A stretch of 64,000 nucleotides of DNA from Pontiellaceae bacterium. GTDB taxonomy: Bacteria > Verrucomicrobiota > Kiritimatiellia > Kiritimatiellales > Tichowtungiaceae. Location of the stretch: assembly GCA_044224855.1 (NCBI GenBank), contig JBGAJP010000003.1, forward strand, positions 27,745 to 91,744. The letters run 5' to 3'. Below are positions 1-6,942 of the stretch, piece by piece. A program made the translations under genes and the position numbers. The first letter of the stretch is position 1. Every line of letters starts with the position of its first letter. Under the pieces are notes generated by a model. It was not told the DNA's origin and searched no databases. It was given only the letters and a program-made list of their open reading frames with translations.

Positions 1-321
1 GCCGGGAACGGTGAAGTTCCACATCGGCATGGTGAGAACCAGAACGTCGGCGGCTTTGAAGGCTTCGGCCTGCTTCTGGGCATAGTTCAGGGCGGACTCT
101 TCAGCTTTGCTCGGCTCGTAAGCCACGTCAAAGACCGGCATCCAGCAGCGGCGGAAAAGATCGTTGGAGTAGTACGGCGGTTTGTCCTGATAGAGGTCGA
201 TGTTGTTGAGTTCGACATCGGGATTGAGTTCCATCAGTTTGCCGAAAAAGCGCGCGGCGAGCTGTTTAGAGACAGACTGCTCAATGGGCTTCGGGTTGGC
301 GCACACGTGCAAAATATTCAT
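1..321 (-). CDS. Flavodoxin-like-fold FMN-dependent NAD(P)H azoreductase/quinone reductase, N-terminal 107 codons only (rest lies outside the window)
   Basis: My own reverse-complement translation from the ATG (complement of 319-321) gives MNILHVCANPKPIEQSVSKQLAARFFGKLMELNPDVEL...AADVLVLTMPMWNFTVPG. The VLxxPMWNFxxP segment matches the AzoR/Flavodoxin_2 signature. It is absent from the ORF track because it runs off the window edge. Confidence 0.6.
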   Translation of the reverse strand, partial: MNILHVCANPKPIEQSVSKQLAARFFGKLMELNPDVELNNIDLYQDKPPYYSNDLFRRCWMPVFDVAYEPSKAEESALNYAQKQAEAFKAADVLVLTMPMWNFTVPG

Positions 322-518
322 TCGCTGATACTCCTTCGTTTCGTTCGGGTTATAAAATCAACCGCGAGACTGTAACAGCGGCGCGGGGCGCCGCACAAGC
401 GTTTCTTATAAGGAAGCGGGAATGATTCTGAATTCCGCGGGGCCGGTCTTGCCCCCGGCCGGTTTTTGTCTTACGCTCCCGGCTCTCTTTTCTTAACGAT
501 CTATATAAGGAGCCGGCT

Positions 519-1730
519 ATGAAAAAGGATTACCGCGATTACCTGCAGAACACCCCGGACGCCAACGGAAACTTCGGACCGTACGGCGGCGCCTATATCC
601 CGCCGCAGCTTGTCGGCCCGATGAAGGAAATCCACGAAGCCTACCTTAAGATAAGCCGCTCACACCGCTTTATCGAAGAGCTGCGCTCCATCCGGAAACA
701 CTATCAGGGCCGGCCGACGCCGGTTTACCACGCCGCGCGGCTGTCCGAAAAATGCGGCGGCGCCCAGATTTACCTCAAACGCGAAGACCTAAACCACACC
801 GGCGCGCACAAAATCAACCACTGCATGGGCGAAGGTCTGCTCGCCAAATACATGGGCAAGAAAAAGCTCATCGCGGAAACCGGCGCGGGCCAGCACGGCG
901 TCGCGCTCGCCACTGCCGCCGCCTACTTCGGCCTCGAATGCGAAATCCACATGGGCGAAGTCGATATCGCCAAAGAACATCCGAACGTCGTACGCATGAA
1001 ACTGCTCGGCGCCAAAGTCGTTCCGGTTTCCCACGGACTCAAAACTCTCAAAGAAGCGGTCGATTCCGCATTTCAGGCCTACCTTAAAGATCCTGCCACC
1101 TCAATTTACTGCATCGGATCTGTCGTCGGCCCTCATCCGTTCCCGATGATGGTGCGCGACTTCCAGCGCGTCGTCGGGATCGAAGCGCGCGAACAGTTCT
1201 TCGAAATGACCGGCGGAATGCCGGACGTGATCACCGCCTGCGTCGGTGGCGGCAGCAACGCCATGGGCATTTTCTCGGCGTTCCTCAACGACCCGTGCGA
1301 AATCTGGGGAGTCGAGCCGCTGGGCCGCGGCCCGAAAACCGGCGACCATGCCGCCACCGCCACCTACGGCATGCCCGGCATCATCCACGGCTTCAAATGC
1401 TATCTGCTGCAGGACGAAAAGGGCGAACCGTCGCCGGTTTACTCCATCGCCAGCGGACTCGACTATCCCGGCGTCGGCCCTGAACACAGCCACCTTAAAG
1501 ACGAAGGCCGCGTGCAGTACACCGCCATTGGTGACAAGGAATGCCTCGACGGATTCTTCACCCTCTGCCGCAGCGAAGGCATTATCCCGGCGCTCGAAAG
1601 TGCGCACGCCGTCGCTTTCGCCATGAAAAAAGCCAAAGAGATGAAGCACGGCACGATTCTGGTCAACCTCTCCGGCCGCGGCGACAAAGACCTCGACTTC
1701 GTGGTGGATAACTACGGCTACGGAGACTAG
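519..1730 (+). CDS. trpB: Tryptophan synthase beta chain (PLP-dependent), stand-alone with no trpA in the window
   Basis: 403-aa ORF with an AAGGAG-like RBS. Motifs: [25 protein letters not shown] (PLP lysine), [35 protein letters not shown]. Confidence 0.9.
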   Translation: MKKDYRDYLQNTPDANGNFGPYGGAYIPPQLVGPMKEIHEAYLKISRSHRFIEELRSIRKHYQGRPTPVYHAARLSEKCGGAQIYLKREDLNHTGAHKINHCMGEGLLAKYMGKKKLIAETGAGQHGVALATAAAYFGLECEIHMGEVDIAKEHPNVVRMKLLGAKVVPVSHGLKTLKEAVDSAFQAYLKDPATSIYCIGSVVGPHPFPMMVRDFQRVVGIEAREQFFEMTGGMPDVITACVGGGSNAMGIFSAFLNDPCEIWGVEPLGRGPKTGDHAATATYGMPGIIHGFKCYLLQDEKGEPSPVYSIASGLDYPGVGPEHSHLKDEGRVQYTAIGDKECLDGFFTLCRSEGIIPALESAHAVAFAMKKAKEMKHGTILVNLSGRGDKDLDFVVDNYGYGD

Positions 1731-1808
1731 GAAGAAGGCTTTAGACCTTAGGCCGCAAGCTTGAGGCGTTGGAACGGCAGGCTGTTTTCTGAACCTCAAA
1801 CCTCAGGG

Positions 1809-2210
1809 CTAAAGCCTCCGGCCTTTTGCCTTTTGGCAGGAGGCTTTGAGCCAGACGGCGTATTCTTTTTGATCAATCTCTCCGGCGGCCAGCGCCAGCG
1901 TCTGCAAAACAACCTCTTCTTCGGGTGCAGAAAAACGAAGTCCGTTCGCTTCAAGAAAAAGCGCAGAAGCCATAAATCCGGCGCGCTTGTTGCCGTCAAG
2001 AAAAGGATGGTTCTTCACGATGCCCAGCGCATATTCCGCCGCCAGTTCGAACAAAGTCGGCTTCCCATAGGCAAAGAGATTTTGCGGACGGCTCAGCGCG
2101 GAAAGAAGAAGCCCCTCATCCCGCACTCCGGCGAGTCCGCCGAACGCCGCCAGCATTTCGAGCTGAAACGAGTACACATCGGACGCATCTATCCAAACCG
2201 GCTCTTTCAT
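1809..2210 (-). CDS. doc: Doc (death-on-curing) family toxin, Fic fold
   Basis: 133 aa with the Doc variant of the Fic motif, HPFLDGNKRAG. Its start overlaps the upstream antitoxin stop (ATGA at 2207-2210). Confidence 0.85.
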   Translation of the reverse strand: MKEPVWIDASDVYSFQLEMLAAFGGLAGVRDEGLLLSALSRPQNLFAYGKPTLFELAAEYALGIVKNHPFLDGNKRAGFMASALFLEANGLRFSAPEEEVVLQTLALAAGEIDQKEYAVWLKASCQKAKGRRL

Positions 2211-2437
2211 TTGGCCAGCTCGCGAAGGGCGTTGCGATAGCGCTTCATCAAATCTTCGGCGAGCTTTGCTTTCTCTGCAAAGCCGGGACGTTCCGGTGTC
2301 ATCTGAACTGAGTGTTCAGGAGCTTCGGTAATATAAAGCGTTGCGCCTTCTTCCACCTTCATCGCCTGAAGGGCTTCCTTGGGGAGCACGATGCCGAGTG
2401 AGTTGCCGATTTTCCGAACTTTTGTTTTGTAGGCCAT
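2207..2437 (-). CDS. AbrB/MazE/SpoVT-type antitoxin partner of Doc (Phd-like role)
   Basis: Internal ATG at 2435-2437 gives MAYKTKVRKIGNSLGIVLPKEALQAM..., the typical swapped-hairpin AbrB-type motif (IGNSxGxxLPK). The ORF-track start at 2542 adds an implausible Arg/Pro-rich leader. Confidence 0.75.
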   Translation of the reverse strand: MAYKTKVRKIGNSLGIVLPKEALQAMKVEEGATLYITEAPEHSVQMTPERPGFAEKAKLAEDLMKRYRNALRELAK

Positions 2438-2500
2438 GTGGGAACAATAGTTATAACACCGGGGTTTAACAAGCCCGGATTCCCGGGGTGCTGTTCTTCT

Positions 2501-2587
2501 GTACTGCCGGAACTCCGCCGCTATGCGGCGCGGATCCGGCATCTTTTTCCCGTTTCAGATCAGCCGGACCGAAGTTCCGGCTTTACT
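2501..2587 (-). repeat. REP-family element copy 1 (inverted relative to the copies at 51.6, 52.3 and 61.2 kb)
   Basis: gtactgccggaactc..cggatccggca followed by the hairpin agccggaccgaagttccggctttac. Same family as 43037, 51573, 52332 and 61226. Confidence 0.7.
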
Positions 2588-2641
2588 GCGCCGTTTGCCT
2601 TATTCCAGAATTCCGCCGCCAAAACACTGGAGGTTCGTTGT

Positions 2642-3046
2642 ATGAAAAAGATTCTGCTGTCTGCCGTCCTTCTCGCCGCCGTCACCGCCGTTGCGCAAAC
2701 GCCGCAGGCTGACAAACCTCTCCGCCCGTCTTACGCCTCGCAGTTTGTCGAAGAAAGCCCGCGCTTTCAGTCGTGTGAGAATACCGGCGGGTCCGGCTTC
2801 TTCTGGATGGATACTTCCAACGGCGAGCTGTGGAAACTGACGCCGCCCGCCATGGAATGGGTCTTTCTCGGCAGCCCGCGCGGCGCAAGCCCCGGTTTGA
2901 AAGGAACGTATCAGCTGCTGTCCGACCGTAACGGCGGAGTTTATATTCTTCATACGGAAAGAGGTTTGGGCTGGTGGACCGACGGTGCGACCTGGAAAGT
3001 CATCGGAGAACCCTCCCGCCGCGTAAAGAAACCGGAAGCGGAATAA
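2642..3046 (+). CDS. Secreted hypothetical protein
   Basis: The internal ATG gives MKKILLSAVLLAAVTAVAQT, a signal peptide with an AxA-like cleavage site. I recognise no motif. Confidence 0.55.
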   Translation: MKKILLSAVLLAAVTAVAQTPQADKPLRPSYASQFVEESPRFQSCENTGGSGFFWMDTSNGELWKLTPPAMEWVFLGSPRGASPGLKGTYQLLSDRNGGVYILHTERGLGWWTDGATWKVIGEPSRRVKKPEAE

Positions 3047-3062
3047 GATCCGGCTCCGGCGA

Positions 3063-3461
3063 TCAGGTTTGTTCTGCCGGGAGTAGTTCCTGAATCGCGG
3101 CCTGTATGCCGACGAAATCAAACGGCTTTTGAAAAACCCGTGCGGCACCGAACGCCTTTGCCTGATCTAAAAAACTGAGAGGCTTGGCACTCATCGTCAG
3201 CATGCCGCCGGATATAGCAATAACCGGAATACTGTCCGAAAGCTTGCGGCACCGTTTTTTGATCTCAAGAATGACCTCCAGCCCGTCCATTCCCGGCATA
3301 AAAATATCAGTAATCACGATGTCTGTTTTTTTCTGCTGAAGCAGATGCAACCCTTCGCGTCCGCTGGCGGCCAGAGAAACCATATAGCCGAATTTCTCCA
3401 GGAACCGTCTAAGCACGTCCCTGACCGAGTCGTCGTCATCTATAATCAGAATATGCGCCAT
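3063..3461 (-). CDS. Single-domain response regulator (CheY-like receiver)
   Basis: 132 aa: ILIIDDDDSVRDVL, the phospho-acceptor context DIVITDIFMPGMDG, and a conserved K in FQKPFD. Confidence 0.85.
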   Translation of the reverse strand: MAHILIIDDDDSVRDVLRRFLEKFGYMVSLAASGREGLHLLQQKKTDIVITDIFMPGMDGLEVILEIKKRCRKLSDSIPVIAISGGMLTMSAKPLSFLDQAKAFGAARVFQKPFDFVGIQAAIQELLPAEQT

Positions 3462-3699
3462 AGAAACCCTGTATATTTCAGCTGCATTTCCCCGACAGGC
3501 GCTCCTGTCCGTAAGTCATTAGCAACTTTCTGAGGCCTTGGCGCAGACTGTATGTTTTTTCGCGAGCGACCGCATGTCGGGGCATTGCCTGAAATTTATG
3601 AGGTAGCCGGCCTGACAGAATAGACGGAAGTCCGTGGTCGCAAGTCAGCCGGGAAACTTCCGCCTAAGGTCCAAAGCCTAAAGCCTTCTCTGCAAAGAT

Positions 3700-3773
3700 T
3701 GCCCCGGACAGGAGTCGAACCTGTAACCCTCAGATTCGAAATCTGATGCTCTATCCAGTTGAGCTACCGGGGC
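3700..3773 (-). tRNA. tRNA-Arg (anticodon TCG)
   Basis: The reverse complement reads GCCCCGGTAGCTCAACTGGATAGAGCATCAGATTTCGAATCTGAGGGTTACAGGTTCGACTCCTGTCCGGGGCA. It has a 7-bp acceptor stem, a T-loop GGTTCGA, and an anticodon loop TT-TCG-AA. Confidence 0.9.
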
Positions 3774-3775
3774 GG

Positions 3776-3817
3776 CTGGAATTTCTGAATGATCAATGAT
3801 GGGCACTGAATGTGCAA
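3776..3817. repeat. Direct repeat DR1, immediately upstream of the tRNA-Arg 5-prime end
   Basis: ctggaatttctgaatgatcaatgatg is identical at 3776-3801 and 4955-4980. Similarity continues imperfectly for about 15 more nt. Read on the minus strand it contains TTGCAC-N17-GATCAT. Confidence 0.85.
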
Positions 3818-3848
3818 CGGGTTTTTGCATCACGGGAAAAGCGGTCTT

Positions 3849-4856
3849 TTACTTGCACCGGTACCAGCCTGACTTCCGCGTTCCTTCGCGAAGAATGAGT
3901 CCGGCGTCCAGCAGTGGATTGATGAGATCCAGCGCGCCTTGTTTTGAAATATTCAGCGCCGCCCATATTTCTGCGGGGGTCATGCGATCTCGCGCCTGAA
4001 GCATTGTAAGCAGCTGTTCCTGTTTTGGGCGAAGCATCAGCTTCGGGGCGGCGGCGGCAACACTGAATTTCTGTATGCGCCCCCAGGTTCGCTCCAGCGT
4101 CTGCTGAATCCCTTCCGTACAATACTCAATCCACGACGTCAGATCGTCGCCGTTCTGCCGGACCGTCTGCAGCGCTGCGTAATATCGCGGACGGTCTTCC
4201 CAGTAGAATTCATCTACTGAAAAAATATGCTGCGTGTCGAACCCGCGCCGATACAGCTCCCAAAGCGCCAGTGCGCGGCCAACCCGTCCGTTGCCGTCCG
4301 CAAACGGATGAATTTCTTCAAACCGGTAATGCAGAATGGCTGAAGAAATCACCGGAGAGAGGGTTACCGCTTCGTTATTCCACCATGCGAGCAGATCGAA
4401 CATCATCACCGAAACCTCAGCAGGCGGTGGCGGGAAATGCGGCCCGACCTGCACCATGATCGTTCGGTACCGCCCCGCCTCGCCCTGATCCATCACACCG
4501 CCTCCGGCAATGATGCGATGAAGTTCAAATAAATCGTCGTGTCGAACCGTTTTGATGTCTGCCTGCTTTTCAATATGCCGGAGTCCGGCAAAATAGTTCA
4601 TCACTTCCCGCTTTGCACGGTCGGCCACGGCAGGAACCTCTCGCCCCTCTTCCACTGCCCGCACCTGTTCCAATGTTAACGGATTTCCTTCGATAGCGGT
4701 CGAGCAGTGTGCATTGCGCGCCTTTGAATCCATCTGCATAGCCGGGATCCAGGCCACATTCACCGCAGCATTCAAAATCCGTTCGCGCAGAGCCGCAATC
4801 TTCTCTATCCTGTTGATAAGGTGATGCGTTACGGAAAATACCGGTTCATATTTCAT
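3849..4856 (-). CDS. Fic family protein (AMPylase-type, class II with an N-terminal inhibitory helix) and a C-terminal winged-helix region
   Basis: Canonical Fic motif IHPFADGNGRVGRA. The inhibitory (S/T)xxxE(G/N) motif is present as STAIEGN. Start chosen at MKYEPVF (4854-4856); the ORF-track start at 4925 is also possible. Confidence 0.85.
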   Translation of the reverse strand: MKYEPVFSVTHHLINRIEKIAALRERILNAAVNVAWIPAMQMDSKARNAHCSTAIEGNPLTLEQVRAVEEGREVPAVADRAKREVMNYFAGLRHIEKQADIKTVRHDDLFELHRIIAGGGVMDQGEAGRYRTIMVQVGPHFPPPPAEVSVMMFDLLAWWNNEAVTLSPVISSAILHYRFEEIHPFADGNGRVGRALALWELYRRGFDTQHIFSVDEFYWEDRPRYYAALQTVRQNGDDLTSWIEYCTEGIQQTLERTWGRIQKFSVAAAAPKLMLRPKQEQLLTMLQARDRMTPAEIWAALNISKQGALDLINPLLDAGLILREGTRKSGWYRCK

Positions 4857-4954
4857 GGTGCGAACATACCGAGTAAGTCCAGTATGAGTCAAGTTATTAG
4901 TCAAGCAGCGCCGCAGATAAGTCAACTATTGGTCAAGTTGTCAGTCCGGGGTGA

Positions 4955-4995
4955 CTGGAATTTCTGAATGATCAATGATGAGCGCTGAATTGCAA
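4955..4995. repeat. Direct repeat DR2 (copy of DR1), immediately upstream of the Fic gene on the minus strand
   Basis: See DR1. The two copies bracket only the Fic gene. Confidence 0.85.
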
Positions 4996-5044
4996 GCCGG
5001 AGTTTGGTCTTCGATTTTTACCGGCGCCGCGCTACGTTTTGCGC

Positions 5045-5194
5045 ATGGACCACCTGACTCCAGAGAAACGCTCGTGGAATATGTCGCGGATCCGGGGCAA
5101 AGACACCAAACCGGAAGTCCTCGTCCGCTCCATGCTCCATCGCGCCGGCTACCGTTTCCGGAAGAATGTGAAGACTCTTCCCGGCAAATACTGA
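5045..5194 (+). pseudogene. vsr: Truncated very-short-patch-repair endonuclease (first ~49 codons, then a stop)
   Basis: My own translation gives MDHLTPEKRSWNMSRIRGKDTKPEVLVRSMLHRAGYRFRKNVKTLPGKY*. It matches the Vsr N-terminus (RSxNMSxIxxKDTKPE...R..L...GxRFR....LPGKPD) but stops where the catalytic core should continue. Confidence 0.7.
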
Positions 5195-5254
5195 AAAAGC
5201 CGACTGTTCTATATTAGAACACTTTATCGCTGTTCACCTGGTATCTTGCCGGGC

Positions 5255-5488
5255 ATGGATGTGCGAAATAAGAACATTGCCGGAGGACGAATCAAAGAGG
5301 CTAGAGCGACGTTGGGATTGTCTCAGGACCAGCTCTCCGGACGTCTCGCAAAAGTCGGCATCACTATCGACCGCGCCGGTATTTCAAAAATTGAGACGGG
5401 GTTCCGCGGCATCTACGACTTCGAGCTCAAGGCACTAGCCAAAGTTCTCAATGTCTCTACCGACTGGCTGATGGGAGCTGCCAAATGA
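5255..5488 (+). CDS. XRE-family helix-turn-helix regulator (controller-protein-like)
   Basis: IKEARATLGLSQDQLSGRLAKVGITIDRAGISKIETG is a classic HTH_3 motif. Its stop overlaps the next start (ATGA at 5485-5488). ATG at 5255 is preferred over the TTG at 5246. Confidence 0.8.
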   Translation: MDVRNKNIAGGRIKEARATLGLSQDQLSGRLAKVGITIDRAGISKIETGFRGIYDFELKALAKVLNVSTDWLMGAAK

Positions 5489-6186
5489 ATTCTCTCGGCA
5501 CGCCGGGCAGCGTCATTAACTGGCATGATATCTGTAAAACCGAGAGGGTTTCACAGCAAGGAATGAATTTCCGTATTGGCGGCAGTTACAGTGTAATTTT
5601 GATGAGCGTTCGAAAAGGCGCCCCTTACGCAGATAGAGTAGAAAACGACGGCGCTGTGTTGATCTACGAGGGGCATAATGAAAGACGCGGGCCCAAATGC
5701 AAATATCCCGACCGCGTTGATCAGCCGATGCGAAATCCCGGCGGAACTTTAACCCAAAATGGCCGATTTTTTGATGCCGCTATGCGTCATAAACAAAAAG
5801 GAACGGAGTCAGAATTTGTTCGCGTCTATGAAAAGGTCGTTCCTGGCGTTTGGGTTTACAACGGCCTTTTTCAGCTGGTGGATGCTTGGCAGGAAAACTC
5901 TGGTCGGCGACAGGTTTTTAAGTTCCGGCTCGAAATAACCGAGGATGACTTAGCGCAAGTTCGGCGCGCGCAGTCGGAACTCGATCATACTCGCATGATT
6001 CCCACTCAGGTAAAGCAAGCCGTCTGGGCCCGTGATGGCGGTAAATGTCGTTTGTGTGGTTCAACGGACAACTTACACTTCGACCACATTTTGCCTTTTT
6101 CGAAAGGTGGAACTTCCCTGCTGGCTGAAAACATCCAGTTGCTTTGTGCAAAGCACAATCTACAGAAGCACGATAAGATTGAGTGA
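5485..6186 (+). CDS. HNH endonuclease with an N-terminal SRA/PUA-like domain; candidate modification-dependent (type IV) restriction enzyme
   Basis: The C-terminus CRLCGSTDNLHFDHILPFSKGG...NIQLLCAKHNLQKHD is an HNH motif. N-terminal segments VLIYEGHN, FVRVYEK and VWVYNGLFQLVDAWQENSGRRQVFKFRLE resemble the SRA (YDG) core. The SRA call is from memory only. Confidence 0.6.
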   Translation: MNSLGTPGSVINWHDICKTERVSQQGMNFRIGGSYSVILMSVRKGAPYADRVENDGAVLIYEGHNERRGPKCKYPDRVDQPMRNPGGTLTQNGRFFDAAMRHKQKGTESEFVRVYEKVVPGVWVYNGLFQLVDAWQENSGRRQVFKFRLEITEDDLAQVRRAQSELDHTRMIPTQVKQAVWARDGGKCRLCGSTDNLHFDHILPFSKGGTSLLAENIQLLCAKHNLQKHDKIE

Positions 6187-6192
6187 GGCACT

Positions 6193-6456
6193 CTACGAAA
6201 TGTTCCGGTGTAAATCTTCGGCTGTTTCTATGTAACCGCCTTCGCCCAACTGTTTTTTAATGTTCCGAATAATTCGGCGGTAATACCTCAAAATCGCTTG
6301 CGCCTCCTCTACACCATTTACCTCAGCAATGTGGCCGTACGAAACGCCGTGTTTGTAATAGCCAACTGTTTCTTCGTACAACGCCACTCGACAGGCCAAA
6401 CCATCAAGAACCTGTCCCCATTCCTGCTCGTTCAGCTCTACTTTTGGTTTTTTCAT
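6193..6456 (-). CDS. Hypothetical protein
   Basis: ORF with ATG at MKKPKVEL (the track start at 6480 is GTG). No motif recognised. Lies in the AT-richer island. Confidence 0.4.
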   Translation of the reverse strand: MKKPKVELNEQEWGQVLDGLACRVALYEETVGYYKHGVSYGHIAEVNGVEEAQAILRYYRRIIRNIKKQLGEGGYIETAEDLHRNIS

Positions 6457-6582
6457 GTCCGCATCTTCCCGGCTATTCACCGTCTTTTCAACAGACTATC
6501 AGTCTCGTTTTCGGATTTGTCCACGGACGATGAGTCAAGTTGCGCAACGGGTTCTACTGAACGGAAAATTTCATTCCGGTAG

Positions 6583-6720
6583 ATGAAAAGTGCAACATGT
6601 TCCGCAAAAACCGGAGAGCACTATGACGCCCGAAGAACCGCTAAAAAAGGCCCGAACGCCGGAAATCAGTTTTTGGGCTGCTCCAACTATCCTGCCTGCC
6701 GAACCGTCTGCTCTGTGTAA
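6583..6720 (+). CDS. Small topoisomerase-type zinc-ribbon protein or gene remnant (45 aa)
   Basis: My own translation gives MKSATCSAKTGEHYDARRTAKKGPNAGNQFLGCSNYPACRTVCSV*. FLGCSNYPAC is the zf-C4_Topoisom signature, and the N-terminal CxxC pair is degenerate. Too short for the ORF track. Confidence 0.35.
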   Translation: MKSATCSAKTGEHYDARRTAKKGPNAGNQFLGCSNYPACRTVCSV

Positions 6721-6751
6721 TTACTCTGCGCCTTCGCGGCTTTGCAATTAA

Positions 6752-6937
6752 GATGCCGGAGCGCGCTATGTCGTTTACACCGACGGCGGCAAAGACAGCC
6801 GCAACTGGAGCGGTTACTACGGAACCTATTTTAAAACCGCCGAAGCGTCTGTGATTCCCGAACCGGCCACGGTCTCGATACTGTCGCTCGGCGCGCTGGT
6901 TCTCGGCCTTTACCGCCGCTTTTACGGCCGCGCCTGA
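6752..6937 (+). pseudogene. C-terminal remnant of a PEP-CTERM sorting-signal protein (no start codon)
   Basis: The frame reads ...YYGTYFKTAEASVIPEPATVSILSLGALVLGLYRRFYGRA*: a PEP motif, a TM helix and a basic tail. A stop (6749-6751) sits directly upstream and there is no ATG. Confidence 0.65.
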
Positions 6938-6942
6938 TTCCG

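Noticed and set aside
438-468. trpB leader hairpin as a classical Trp attenuator
   Set aside because: The only small leader ORF ([24 protein letters not shown]) has no Trp codons, so classical attenuation is unsupported. I kept the hairpin only as a possible, unclassified regulatory terminator.
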